Shown here: positions 40,015 to 50,196 of the stretch, one piece after another
How positions within the stretch are numbered: position 1 is the stretch's first letter
How the letters are laid out: every line of letters starts with the position of its first letter
Origin: Gammaproteobacteria bacterium
GTDB lineage: Bacteria; Pseudomonadota; Gammaproteobacteria; SZUA-229
Direction of reading: 5' to 3'
DNA: 56,196 bases
Assembly: GCA_024277705.1 (NCBI GenBank)
Contig: JAJRUQ010000118.1
Coordinates: 1 to 56,196 of the forward strand
Position numbers and translations under genes: made by a program
The notes under the pieces: generated by a model
What the model saw: the letters and a program-made list of their open reading frames with translations, nothing else
Database searches by the model: none
Told to the model about the DNA's origin: nothing

Positions 40015-40668
40015 CTAACCGACAAAGCCGGCTCTGGCCAGACTTTCCAGTGTGATGTTACTGTCGGAATTATCATCCTGTCCGGTCAACAACCTTTCCA
40101 GGTAACGTGCAATCAAATCCACTTCAAGATTGACTTTGCTACCTGCACTATAGTTTTTAATAATCGTCTGTTGCTGGGTATGCGGCACAATATTAATTTC
40201 AAAATCAGCACCGGTAATATTATTCACCGTCAAACTGGTGCCATCAATACAAACCGAACCTTTCGTTGCAATGTAATGTTTTAATGCTTCCGGTGCTTTT
40301 ATTATTAGCTGTATTGAACGTGCAGCTTCCTTAATGGATAACACTTCGCCCAAACCATCCACATGACCACTAACCAGGTGACCGCCTAAACGGGTGGTTG
40401 GCAACAGTGCTTTTTCAAGGTTCACTTCGCTGCCCGGCGTTAAATCTTTCAGACTGGTCAGGGCAATGGTTTCATTGGAAACATCGGCCGCAAAAGACTG
40501 TTGATCAAATTCGATGGTGGTTAAACAAACACCATTAACCGCGATACTGTCACCCAGCTGTACATCTGTCATGTCCAGCTTACCAACCGCTACCGTTAGT
40601 CGCATATCGCCACCAATGGCTGTCATTTTTTTTATTTGGCCAACCGCTTCTATTATTCCGGTAAACAT
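40015..40668 (-). CDS. ribE: riboflavin synthase alpha chain
   Basis: It starts MFTGIIE and has duplicated lumazine-binding repeats (GDSIAVNGVCLT / GSVCIDGTSLT). Confidence 0.95.
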   Translation of the reverse strand: MFTGIIEAVGQIKKMTAIGGDMRLTVAVGKLDMTDVQLGDSIAVNGVCLTTIEFDQQSFAADVSNETIALTSLKDLTPGSEVNLEKALLPTTRLGGHLVSGHVDGLGEVLSIKEAARSIQLIIKAPEALKHYIATKGSVCIDGTSLTVNNITGADFEINIVPHTQQQTIIKNYSAGSKVNLEVDLIARYLERLLTGQDDNSDSNITLESLARAGFVG

Positions 40669-40690
40669 AAACTTTACTCAATCGATAAAA

Positions 40691-41281
40691 TCAGAGGGTT
40701 TGTATTTCAAGCGTATAAGATGACAGCGGCAGTGCCGAAGCATTATTAAACTCAGCACCTGCAGCCACGCCAGCGCGGGCAATTTCCTCTGCTGATTCGG
40801 CTTTATCAAAAACCGCAAACATTGCTCCCAGTGCATATTCTGCACCGGAACCAATGGCCCAGAATTTTTTATATTCAGTCACTTCACGTAAGGAATGCAC
40901 ACCGAAAATACCAAACGGGTTGGCAATCAGTGCATCAATCTGTGTTGACTCATAGGGGTCATCATCTTCATCTTTTGCATTTAAAAAATATTTTTCTTTC
41001 AGGACGGGATGCAAGCGACGAAAAGTTTCAAAAATTGAGATCCGGGAAGAAAAATCAATATCAATTTTTTTCTCGACAACTTTTTTACTGCTTAACAAAC
41101 TTTCCATTACCAGCTGATGCGCAGCACTGCCGACTATACCCAGATAATTTTCATCATGACAAAAAATCTTGTCATGTGCCGCGTCATATTCTGAGCTCAA
41201 CTTCAAGTCTCCAAAACTGGTAAGACTGTCAGCAGCAATACAGATTTTTCCTGCTTTTTTTGCAACAACTACGGTGGACAT
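40691..41281 (-). CDS. proteasome/HslV-like Ntn-hydrolase homologue inserted between ribD and ribE
   Basis: The N-terminus MSTVVVAKKAGKICIAADS aligns by eye with HslV TTIVSVRRNGHVVIAGDG, with Gly10 and Asp17 in register if Ser2 is taken as residue 1. A C-terminal AIGSGAEYALGAM block matches HslV AIGSGG.YA.AAA. The gaps to the flanking genes are 24 nt and 22 nt. Confidence 0.6.
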   Translation of the reverse strand: MSTVVVAKKAGKICIAADSLTSFGDLKLSSEYDAAHDKIFCHDENYLGIVGSAAHQLVMESLLSSKKVVEKKIDIDFSSRISIFETFRRLHPVLKEKYFLNAKDEDDDPYESTQIDALIANPFGIFGVHSLREVTEYKKFWAIGSGAEYALGAMFAVFDKAESAEEIARAGVAAGAEFNNASALPLSSYTLEIQTL

Positions 41282-41305
41282 TAATAACCTCGCATACCTG
41301 ATATT

Positions 41306-42439
41306 CTATTTCTGTGCAGCAACATTCGTTGTTGCTGTAATTCGAAAATCCTTACCGATTTTTCGAACATCGTTTATTTCCAGTGCAACCCTGTGTTTCA
41401 TCTGTTCCAGTCCGGGCAGATGAAACAGTCCTTTGGCATCATCACCCATAATATGGGGTGCCATATAAATAATAATTTCATCAACCAGATCATTTTTTAA
41501 AAGAGCACCGCATAATACTGAACCGGCTTCAACATGAAGCAGATTAATTTGTTTTGCTGCCAGCGCCTGCATTAAAGCCGGCAGATCAACCCGCTTATTG
41601 TTGCCGGCAATGGTTTGTATTGTAAATGGGTACGGCGACACATCTTCCACACTAACCGTGGTATAAACGGTACACGGCCCGCCAGGAGCTGAAAAAATAT
41701 TCATTTTTTTCAGCTCATTACCGGCAATATCTGCCAGCCTGAACTGACTGTCCAGAACGATACGTTCCGGCTGGATAAAACGTTCTGCGTCCAGTGTTTC
41801 AGCATTCACCGGCAGTCTTACATTCATCGATGGATTATCTGCCAGCACAGTGCCGATACCGGTGAGAATAGCAGAACTTTCCGCACGCAACCTTTGTACA
41901 TCGTGGCGCGAGGCATCACAGCTGATCCACTTGCTTTCACCGGACGCCATCGCGGTACGCCCGTCCAGACTCATCGCCAGTTTAACACGCACATAGGGAC
42001 GGTTAAGCTGCATCCGGCTGATAAAACCGGGATTTAAACTCTGCGCCTGCTGTTCCAGCAAACCACAGTCTGTGGCAATGTTTGCCTGCTGCAGCTTGTG
42101 CAAACCGTTACCGGCAACCAGAGGGTTCGGATCACGCATCGCGGCATAAACTTTTTTAACACCGGCCTTAATCAGGGCATCGGCACAGGGCGGCGTTTTA
42201 CCGGTATGACTGCACGGCTCCAGGGTAACAAACACTGTGGCATCTTTTGCCTGTTCACCGGCCTGTTTCAAGGCGTGAATCTCAGCATGGGCTTCACCCG
42301 CATACTGATGCCAGCCCTGACCGACAATATTGCCATCCTTTACAATAACGCAGCCTACCCGTGGATTCGGCTCGGTGCTATAGCGGCCTTTTTGCGCCAG
42401 CCGGATAGCCAGCTGCATGTATTCAATGTTGCTGGTCAT
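41306..42439 (-). CDS. ribD: bifunctional riboflavin biosynthesis deaminase/reductase
   Basis: The CMP/dCMP deaminase zinc motif (HAEIHAL ... PCSHTGKTPPC) is followed by a reductase domain. Confidence 0.94.
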   Translation of the reverse strand: MTSNIEYMQLAIRLAQKGRYSTEPNPRVGCVIVKDGNIVGQGWHQYAGEAHAEIHALKQAGEQAKDATVFVTLEPCSHTGKTPPCADALIKAGVKKVYAAMRDPNPLVAGNGLHKLQQANIATDCGLLEQQAQSLNPGFISRMQLNRPYVRVKLAMSLDGRTAMASGESKWISCDASRHDVQRLRAESSAILTGIGTVLADNPSMNVRLPVNAETLDAERFIQPERIVLDSQFRLADIAGNELKKMNIFSAPGGPCTVYTTVSVEDVSPYPFTIQTIAGNNKRVDLPALMQALAAKQINLLHVEAGSVLCGALLKNDLVDEIIIYMAPHIMGDDAKGLFHLPGLEQMKHRVALEINDVRKIGKDFRITATTNVAAQK

Positions 42440-42577
42440 TGTTGTTTATCATTTACTGCAAAATCTATAAAGAAAATTTTATCCACCAATACAAAAGGAA
42501 CCGCCCGTTATAAAAACACATCATTTCAATTGTTTTTCCACCTGTCCGGTGAATTGTTTTTTACTGGATAATAATGA

Positions 42578-43051
42578 CTACCGGCTTTTTTTGGTTGCTT
42601 TCGACTTTTCTATTTTTTCTATGGCATCACGAAAGGCATTCACATCGGTGAAATCGAGATAGACCGAAGCAAAACGGATGTATGCCACATGATCCAGCGA
42701 CAGCAACTCTTCCATCACCAGATTGCCCACTTTTGCCGAACTGACTTCACGCTCACCGGCAGCCAGTAACTGATGGGTAATATGCCTGATGGCGGCATCT
42801 ACCTGCTCGGTACTTACCGGCCTTTTTTCCAGCGCCCGCATCACACCGGCACACAGCTTTTCTTCTTTAAACGGCATACGACTGCCATCCTGTTTGACGA
42901 TGCGTGGCATATTGAGTTCAGCACTTTCATAGGTGGTGAAACGCTCACTGCATGATACGCACTCACGACGGCGACGAACCTGGTCGCCATCATTGGATAA
43001 ACGTGAATCGATAACACGCGTATCCGGTGCTGAACAAAAGGGGCAATGCAT
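42578..43051 (-). CDS. nrdR: transcriptional repressor NrdR
   Basis: It has the zinc ribbon MHCPFC...RRRECVSC plus an ATP-cone domain. Confidence 0.95.
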   Translation of the reverse strand: MHCPFCSAPDTRVIDSRLSNDGDQVRRRRECVSCSERFTTYESAELNMPRIVKQDGSRMPFKEEKLCAGVMRALEKRPVSTEQVDAAIRHITHQLLAAGEREVSSAKVGNLVMEELLSLDHVAYIRFASVYLDFTDVNAFRDAIEKIEKSKATKKSR

Positions 43052-43086
43052 TCAGAGCTCTCTGCTAAGGTCTGCTTAAAACCGGA

Positions 43087-44370
43087 TTAAACTTCATAAA
43101 CCGGTAAACGCTGACAAATTTCAGTGACTTTTTCACGAACGCTGCTGACGATGCCGGTATCCGCACTGTCATCTTTAATGCTGTCGATAATGTCACACAT
43201 CCAGGTAGCCAGATTAGTAGCATCCTGTTCGTCAAAACCACGGGTTGTCATTGCCGGAGTACCCACACGAATACCACTGGTCACAAACGGTGACTGCGGA
43301 TCATTCGGTACAGCGTTTTTATTAACCGTAATATGAGCTTTGCCCAGTTCGGCTTCAACCACTTTTCCGGTTAAACTTTTTGGTGTCAGGTCCCATAAAA
43401 ACAGATGATTGTCAGTGCCGCCAGAAACCACCTGATAACCGCGATCCAGCACCACTTTAGCCATGGCCTGGGCATTCACAATAACCTGTTTCTGATAAAC
43501 CGAAAATTCCGGCTCCAGCGCTTCTTTGAAGGCGACTGCTTTTGCTGCGATAACGTGCATCAATGGCCCGCCCTGTGAACCCGGAAAAATAGCCGAATTC
43601 AATTTTTTAGCCAGGTCTTCATTTTTAAGCAATGAAGTGTCACCCGCCAGAATAATGCCGCCACGGGGACCGCGTAAGGTTTTATGAGTGGTTGATGTCA
43701 CCACGTCAGCCACGCCAACCGGGTTCGGATACAGACCTGCAGCCACCAGACCGGCAACATGCGCCATATCAACAAACAGATAGGCACCGCAGGAATCGGC
43801 AATTGCACGAAAACGGTCCCAGTCCATAATCTGCGAATAGGCTGAAAAACCGGCGACAATCATTTTCGGCTGATGTTCATCGGCCAGTCGCTTAATTTCA
43901 TCATAATCAACAATGCCGGTTTTATGGTTTAAACCATACTGTACTGCGTGATAAATTTTTCCGGAAAAACTGACGTGAGAACCGTGCGTCAGGTGACCGC
44001 CGTCTGCCAGTGACATACCCAGTACGGTATCACCGGGTTTACACAGTGCCATATAGACTGCGGCATTAGCCTGGGAACCGGAATGTGGTTGCACATTGGC
44101 GTAACCTGCACCAAACAGCTGTTTAACCCGGTCAATGGCCAGTTGCTCGGCAACATCAACATTTTCACAACCACCATAATAACGTCGTGCCGGATAACCT
44201 TCGGCATATTTGTTGGTTAACACAGACCCCTGCGCCTGCATTACCCGCTGACTGGCATAATTTTCTGAAGCAATCAGTTCTATATGCAATTCCTGGCGAC
44301 TGATCTCATGTTGCATTGCCGCCCATAGCGCTTCATCATAACCTTCAATTTTAGTGTCTTTGGAAAACAT
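43087..44370 (-). CDS. glyA: serine hydroxymethyltransferase
   Basis: It has ELIASENY and the PLP-lysine block [12 protein letters not shown]. Confidence 0.96.
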   Translation of the reverse strand: MFSKDTKIEGYDEALWAAMQHEISRQELHIELIASENYASQRVMQAQGSVLTNKYAEGYPARRYYGGCENVDVAEQLAIDRVKQLFGAGYANVQPHSGSQANAAVYMALCKPGDTVLGMSLADGGHLTHGSHVSFSGKIYHAVQYGLNHKTGIVDYDEIKRLADEHQPKMIVAGFSAYSQIMDWDRFRAIADSCGAYLFVDMAHVAGLVAAGLYPNPVGVADVVTSTTHKTLRGPRGGIILAGDTSLLKNEDLAKKLNSAIFPGSQGGPLMHVIAAKAVAFKEALEPEFSVYQKQVIVNAQAMAKVVLDRGYQVVSGGTDNHLFLWDLTPKSLTGKVVEAELGKAHITVNKNAVPNDPQSPFVTSGIRVGTPAMTTRGFDEQDATNLATWMCDIIDSIKDDSADTGIVSSVREKVTEICQRLPVYEV

Positions 44371-44644
44371 TCAAGCCTCTTAAAAAGTATTCACCGGATT
44401 CCCAGCTGATTTGCTGACCAGTTGGTTTATCGATATTTATCAGTAAAAATTGGCGCAATCTTAACAAACTCAGGGCATCACTGTATATCAATCACTTACC
44501 GTTATACCGGTAAAATTCATAATATTCACGCAAACAACACAAATCCGGTCCGTAGATTGCTTCACAGCCATCAGCATGTACTGTAATATATGAATTAAAT
44601 CCTGCCAACATCGACAAACCCGGCTTTAACCAAAACCCGAATTT

Positions 44645-45760
44645 ATGCCATCTTCTGATTCTGATCATATCATCGAACTATCGGTCATCGTGCCCACTTT
44701 CAATGAGCACCCCAATGTGGTCCCCATGATAGAAAGCCTGGAGGCAGCATTAGGTGACCATAAATGGGAAGTTATTTTTGTCGATGACGACTCCCCTGAC
44801 GGCACAGCCACTGAAATCCGGGAATTTGCCAAACGTGATTCCCGGGTGCGGTGCATACACCGTATTGGCCGGCGCGGCCTGTCATCGGCTGCCATCGAAG
44901 GCATACTGGCAAGTTCAGCGCCTTTTTGTGCAGTCATGGACGGAGATTTACAGCACGATGAAAAATTGCTGGCAGAAATGCTGGAAACCATCAAAAGCGA
45001 AAATCTCGATATTGTTTCCGGCAGCCGCTATGTTGAAGGCGGCAGTCTCGGCAACTGGGATCAGTCACGCGCCACGATCAGCCGACTGGCAACCAAACTG
45101 AGCCGTACCGTCCTGCATGCCGACCTGACCGACCCGATGAGCGGCTTTTTTATGATACGCCGCAGTACCTTTGAAAAGCGCATGCGTAACCTGTCCGGTA
45201 TCGGTTTTAAAATATTACTGGATATCTTTGCTTCTGCCAAAGAACCCTTGCGTTACCGTGAACTACCCTATAAATTCCGTACCCGCCAGGCCGGGGAAAG
45301 CAAACTCGACAGTCAGGCAGCATGGGAATATTTCATGTTATTGCTGGATAAACTGATTGGCCATATTGTACCGGTGCGTTTTGTCACCTTTACCCTGGTT
45401 GGCGGTTTCGGGGTCATCGTCCACATGCTGATTGTCTGGATGATGTTAAACAGAATGGAAATGGATTTTACCGTTGCGCAAGCCACCGCGACACTGGTGG
45501 CGATGACCAGCAACTATGCGATGAATAATGTTCTGACCTATCGTGATATGCGACTGACCGGCTGGCGATGGTTTAAAGGCTGGCTGTCATTTACCCTGGC
45601 CTGTAGCGTTGGCGCACTGGGCAATATTGGTATCGCGGCCTATATTTTTGCCCAGGATACCACCTGGGTACTGGCCTCACTGTCCGGCATTATCGTCGGC
45701 GCGGTGTGGAACTATGCGGTCACCTCGGTTTACACCTGGAACAAACCTAAAGCCGCATGA
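44645..45760 (+). CDS. GT2 polyprenyl-phosphate glycosyltransferase fused to a C-terminal GtrA-like 4-TM domain
   Basis: It has LSVIVPTFNE, VDDDSPDGT and DGDLQHD (DxD) motifs. The C-terminal 130 aa is a GtrA-type membrane domain. Confidence 0.82.
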   Translation: MPSSDSDHIIELSVIVPTFNEHPNVVPMIESLEAALGDHKWEVIFVDDDSPDGTATEIREFAKRDSRVRCIHRIGRRGLSSAAIEGILASSAPFCAVMDGDLQHDEKLLAEMLETIKSENLDIVSGSRYVEGGSLGNWDQSRATISRLATKLSRTVLHADLTDPMSGFFMIRRSTFEKRMRNLSGIGFKILLDIFASAKEPLRYRELPYKFRTRQAGESKLDSQAAWEYFMLLLDKLIGHIVPVRFVTFTLVGGFGVIVHMLIVWMMLNRMEMDFTVAQATATLVAMTSNYAMNNVLTYRDMRLTGWRWFKGWLSFTLACSVGALGNIGIAAYIFAQDTTWVLASLSGIIVGAVWNYAVTSVYTWNKPKAA

Positions 45761-45847
45761 ACAAATGACTGCCAGTGATGGCTGTCACTGAAGGCAGCCA
45801 CTAAACACCAACCGTTACACATACCTCATTAATAATATCGTTTTTAA

Positions 45848-47821
45848 ATGTCACAACCACTGATACAGCAATATTTTAATCTTCGACTTCCGGCATTACA
45901 GCCGGGCACCAGCAGCACCACCATAGCGGTGTTTAGCGTTTTTATCGACCTGCTGATCAGCTACAGTCTTTTACTTTCAGATTTTTCTGTCAGCTATGCT
46001 CACAATGCAGGCTTTCTTGCTGCCGGCTGTTTTTTAGTACTGCTGCGGCTGGCAAAGTTTGATGCTTCAGGCCCCGATATTGCCGGCAACAGCCCGTCAT
46101 CAAAAACATTTTCGGTTATCAGCTATTTTCTGGTGCAGAGTGCCATTCGCGCAGGCTGTATCGCCAGCCTGGTACATTTTTCTTTTCCTGAAACACTGGC
46201 ACCAGGCGCCGGCATTCTACTGGCAACAGTCATCGGCAGTTACAGCAGCGCCCTGTTATTGACACGTAATACATTATCCTCTAACTGGCTGACACTCGGT
46301 CTGATCCTGACGGTCTGCGTTTTGACGCTAAGGCTGGTTTTTCTCGGTGCCATGGAAGTTATCCCGCAGGAAGCCTATTACTGGAATTATGCCCGGCATT
46401 TATCCCCCGGCTATCTTGACCATCCACCACTGATCGCGGCCACCATCTGGAGCGGGGAATGGCTGTTTGGTCATAGCTACTTTGGCACCCGCATTGGCCC
46501 GTTTATTTACGGCATTTTATTTCTGCTGATTTTCTATCGCTATGCGCGACTGCAGGTTGATAAAAATACCGCCGTCTTTGCCTGTCTGCTGGCAGTATTG
46601 CTGCCATACTTTTTTCTCGGCACCGGTTTTTTAGCAACCCCGGATGCGTCTCTCACCGTAGCCTGGGTCATGGCTTTATATTTTTTCTACCGCGCACTGG
46701 TTAACAACCACTATCCGTCATGGTATGGCGTAGGCCTTGCCATGGGTATCGGCATGCTTTCAAAATACACCATTGTGCTGCTGGCGCCGGCCGCTTTCAT
46801 GTTTATTATGGTTGATGCACAGGCACGCAAAACGTTAATGCGTAAAGAGCCCTACCTTGCCGTCATCATAGCCCTGCTGGTTTTTTCACCGGTGATTTAC
46901 TGGAATGCCATTAATGACTGGGCATCGTTTGCTTTTCAGGGCGGTGAACGCTTCGATGCCGAGCCGGAAAATTTTATTGGCATGATGCTGACCAATATCA
47001 TGGCCATCGTTACCCCGTTACCTTTACTGGCATTGCCCTATTTATTTGTCAGCAAAATGACCAGCCAATCTTCCACTCTGAACTCCCCTTTTAATTTTCG
47101 TGTGCGCCTGTTTATCTTCAGCTTTTTATTGCTGCCACTGGCCGTTTTTGCCTGGAATGCTTTAAAAAATGAACCTCGATACAACTGGACCGGCCCACTC
47201 TGGATAACACTATTGCCCATGCTGGCATGGTTGATCGTTCATGCATCACAGCTACGCTGGAAATACCTCCGTGTTATTTTTAAAAAAATCACCGTGCCCT
47301 TCCTGATTTTTTTAATCTGTATTTTCTCTGTTTTTCTACAGTTTTTAAGTATCGGTCTGCCCGGCCTCAAATTTCCCGGCGGCAGCGCACGTTTGCTTGG
47401 CTGGTCAGAGGTCACAAAAAATCTGTATACCATCCAGCAACAACTGCCTGCTGATAATCAACGAGTAGTGATTGTCGGCCTTGATAAATATTTTATTACC
47501 AGCAAACTGGCCTATCACGGCACCCCGGCTTTTCTTGGTAAAAACCATTCACTTGATGTTACCGGACTTCACCTGCTTAATGATGACAGTCTGATGTTTG
47601 CTTTCTGGAACCCGGTTGAAGACTATAAAAATGCGACCCTGATCATGCTGGGCCGCTCCGTTGATGATGTCAGTGATTACCGGCTGAAACCTTATTTTGA
47701 TCACCTGGCACCGACAATTGAACCGTTCCCGATTTACAGGAGTGATTTCGGTTTGCCCGGCACACCTATCCGGGAATATTATTATCGTATCGGCTATGGT
47801 TATAAACCGGTAAAACCGTAA
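45848..47821 (+). CDS. GT39/ArnT-PMT-like membrane glycosyltransferase with N-terminal GtrA-like extension
   Basis: The first roughly 150 aa form 4 TM helices. The following polytopic body has a QEAYYWNYARHL...DHPPL loop typical of PMT_2/GT-C enzymes, then a soluble C-terminal region of about 170 aa. Confidence 0.72.
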   Translation: MSQPLIQQYFNLRLPALQPGTSSTTIAVFSVFIDLLISYSLLLSDFSVSYAHNAGFLAAGCFLVLLRLAKFDASGPDIAGNSPSSKTFSVISYFLVQSAIRAGCIASLVHFSFPETLAPGAGILLATVIGSYSSALLLTRNTLSSNWLTLGLILTVCVLTLRLVFLGAMEVIPQEAYYWNYARHLSPGYLDHPPLIAATIWSGEWLFGHSYFGTRIGPFIYGILFLLIFYRYARLQVDKNTAVFACLLAVLLPYFFLGTGFLATPDASLTVAWVMALYFFYRALVNNHYPSWYGVGLAMGIGMLSKYTIVLLAPAAFMFIMVDAQARKTLMRKEPYLAVIIALLVFSPVIYWNAINDWASFAFQGGERFDAEPENFIGMMLTNIMAIVTPLPLLALPYLFVSKMTSQSSTLNSPFNFRVRLFIFSFLLLPLAVFAWNALKNEPRYNWTGPLWITLLPMLAWLIVHASQLRWKYLRVIFKKITVPFLIFLICIFSVFLQFLSIGLPGLKFPGGSARLLGWSEVTKNLYTIQQQLPADNQRVVIVGLDKYFITSKLAYHGTPAFLGKNHSLDVTGLHLLNDDSLMFAFWNPVEDYKNATLIMLGRSVDDVSDYRLKPYFDHLAPTIEPFPIYRSDFGLPGTPIREYYYRIGYGYKPVKP

Positions 47822-47838
47822 AAAAATCATAACAACAG

Positions 47839-47918
47839 ACTACCCTGACATATACGATGCATCCCCGTTATTCAGTATCGTCAGCCGCCGGAATACGGGT
47901 GCCGGGCTACAGGGTAGT
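47839..47918. other. nested inverted repeats upstream of sulP (possible structured RNA)
   Basis: The outer pair is ACTACCCTG (47839-47847) / CAGGGTAGT (47910-47918). It encloses shorter complementary pairs (ACGAT/ATCGT, CCCGT/ACGGG). I recognise no known riboswitch consensus. Confidence 0.2.
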
Positions 47919-48071
47919 ATTTACTGCGTATTCTGAAGAACCGGGATAATGGCAACCGAGCTGATAATAAGCAGACGTTCACAGCAGCCCCCTACATTAC
48001 TGAGTATATCGCCCGCTGATGCTGCTCTGTTATAATTCGCGCCCGTTTACTGAATACCCTGAGATCTCTTT

Positions 48072-49598
48072 ATGTTTCGCCTCGGCTGTGAAAATCGTAT
48101 CTGTGTACAAAATGAAGTTTTATCCGGTTTAACCGTTGCCCTGGCACTGGTACCGGAAGCGGTGGCTTTTGCCTTTGTTGCCGGCGTTGACCCGCTGGTC
48201 GGATTATATGCGGCTTTTATGGTGGGCCTGCTGGCTTCTATCTTCGGTGGCCGTCCCGGCATGATTTCCGGTGCCACCGGTGCTATGGCGGTGGTGATGG
48301 TCTCACTGGTTGCTGACCACGGTGTTGAATATCTGTTTGCTGCGGTAGTGCTGACCGGTCTGATCCAGATTATGGCCGGCATTTTAAAGCTGGGCAAGTT
48401 TATCCGTATCGTACCGCACCCGGTGATGCTGGGTTTTGTTAATGGTCTGGCCATCGTTATCTTCCTTGCGCAACTGCAGCACTTTCAGGTTGATGTTGAT
48501 GGCGTCAGCCAGTGGATGAGTGGTGAGCCACTGCTGATCTTTGCCGGCCTGATCATTCTGACCATGGCGATCATTCATTATCTGCCTAAATTTACCACCG
48601 CCATCCCCTCCTCACTGGTTGCAATAGTCCTGTTGTCGGTGCTGGTCATTGCGTTAAACATTGATACCAAAACTGTAGGTGATCTGGCATCCATCGAAGG
48701 CGGCCTGCCGCAGTTTCATCTACCCGAGGTGGCGTTTAATCTGGAAACACTGAAAATCATTCTGCCTTATTCCATCATCCTGGCGGCGGTTGGTTTAATT
48801 GAATCTCTGTTAACGCTGACGCTGATCGATGAAATAACCAACACCCGCGGCCGGGGTAACCGTGAATGTATCGGTCAGGGCATTGCCAACACTACCACCG
48901 GTTTGTTTGGTGGCATGGGCGGTTGTGCCATGATCGGCCAGAGTATTATCAACGTCAATTCCGGTGGCCACAAACGCCTTTCCGGCATCGCTGCCGCTCT
49001 GTTTCTGCTGGCCTTTATCCTGTTTGCTTCCGACCTGATTGAGCGCATTCCAATGGCGGTTCTGGTTGGCGTCATGTTTATTGTGGTAATCGGCACCTTC
49101 GAATGGTCTAGCATTCGTATTTTCAATAAAATTCCACGCCATGACGCCTTTGTTCTGGTGCTGGTTTCTGCGGTAACCGTAGCATCGGATTTAGCGATTG
49201 CTGTCGTGGTCGGCGTTATTGTCTCGGCACTGGTGTTTGCCTGGGAGCACGCCAAGCATATTAATGTGAACAGCTACATCGACGACAACGGTTCAAAAAT
49301 TTACGAGCTGAATGGCCCGTTATTTTTTGGCTCGGTGAAAAACTTCCGTGATCTGTTTACCCCGGAGAACGATCCGGACGATGTCATCATTGAATTCCAG
49401 AATTCCCGGGTCACCGACCACTCTGCTATTGAAGCCATTGATTCACTGGCGGAACAATACATCAAAGCCGGTAAAAAACTGCATCTTCGCCACCTTACCG
49501 AGGAGTGCAGACAACTGCTCGACAAGGCCGGCAATCTGGTTGAAGTCAATCGGACGGAAGATCCTGTGTACCACGTAGCGGATGACAAACTTGCCTGA
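48072..49598 (+). CDS. SulP-family anion transporter with C-terminal STAS domain
   Basis: It has a polytopic SLC26/SulP core ([20 protein letters not shown]). The STAS tail reads [10 protein letters not shown]...DHSAIEAID. The substrate (sulfate, bicarbonate or other) cannot be determined. Confidence 0.85.
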   Translation: MFRLGCENRICVQNEVLSGLTVALALVPEAVAFAFVAGVDPLVGLYAAFMVGLLASIFGGRPGMISGATGAMAVVMVSLVADHGVEYLFAAVVLTGLIQIMAGILKLGKFIRIVPHPVMLGFVNGLAIVIFLAQLQHFQVDVDGVSQWMSGEPLLIFAGLIILTMAIIHYLPKFTTAIPSSLVAIVLLSVLVIALNIDTKTVGDLASIEGGLPQFHLPEVAFNLETLKIILPYSIILAAVGLIESLLTLTLIDEITNTRGRGNRECIGQGIANTTTGLFGGMGGCAMIGQSIINVNSGGHKRLSGIAAALFLLAFILFASDLIERIPMAVLVGVMFIVVIGTFEWSSIRIFNKIPRHDAFVLVLVSAVTVASDLAIAVVVGVIVSALVFAWEHAKHINVNSYIDDNGSKIYELNGPLFFGSVKNFRDLFTPENDPDDVIIEFQNSRVTDHSAIEAIDSLAEQYIKAGKKLHLRHLTEECRQLLDKAGNLVEVNRTEDPVYHVADDKLA

Positions 49599-49730
49599 AC
49601 AGCTTGTCAGGCAGAACTGATCCGAGCCTTGCCAGGCTCTCTCATTCAAGCTTATAATCAGTAAGTTTATAGCCAGGCCACTGATAACAAAGGAAATATT
49701 CAAAAGGACATTAATTTTAATTCATGCTAA

Positions 49731-49766
49731 TATAACGCTCATCGTATGATATTTCATCGCGTTATA
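49731..49766. promoter_or_regulatory. inverted repeat TATAACGC-N20-GCGTTATA just upstream of the Fe-S carrier gene RBS
   Basis: It uses the same TATAACG / CGTTATA half-sites as the higA operators at 6714-6749, but with 22-nt rather than 5-nt spacing. Confidence 0.3.
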
Positions 49767-49781
49767 AACAGGAGAACATCG

Positions 49782-50162
49782 ATGTCACAAGTTCAATTTA
49801 ACTCACAAATTACCGACCAGATAAAAGTCTCTGATGAAGCCGTAAAACAGCTACTGGCACTGACTGAAAGTGAAGACGGAGTCAACGGTGTACGCATTTT
49901 TGTTTCCGGCGGCGGCTGCGGCGGCATGTCGTATGGCATGACTTTTGTCGACCAGCCCACCCCGTTTGATGCAACCCTGGAAAAAGAAGGCCTTAAAGTA
50001 CACGTCGATGCGGTAGCACTGGGTTTTCTCGAAGGTGTTGAAATCGATTATCAAACAGAAGGTGCCAATGCCAGCTTTGTGTTTAAAAATGTATTTGCTA
50101 ATTCCACCAGCGGCGGTTCATGCGGCGGATGCGGTGGCGCCAGTGGTGGCGGTTGCGGCTAG
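49782..50162 (+). CDS. A-type (IscA/ErpA/HesB) iron-sulfur carrier with atypical Cys/Gly-rich C-terminus
   Basis: SGGGCGGMSYGMTF aligns with ErpA GGGCSGFQYGFTF. The C-terminus is SCGGCGGASGGGCG instead of the usual CGCG.SF. The start is placed at ATG 49782, behind AGGAGA. Confidence 0.8.
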   Translation: MSQVQFNSQITDQIKVSDEAVKQLLALTESEDGVNGVRIFVSGGGCGGMSYGMTFVDQPTPFDATLEKEGLKVHVDAVALGFLEGVEIDYQTEGANASFVFKNVFANSTSGGSCGGCGGASGGGCG

Positions 50163-50196
50163 CAACAATGATTAAATAAGCGATTACATCGCCAGC

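Noticed and set aside
39951-42577. An FMN (RFN) riboswitch was looked for upstream of ribD (42440-42577) and ribBA (39951-40014).
   Set aside because: Neither spacer shows the conserved RFN core segments I know. The ribBA spacer is only 64 nt.
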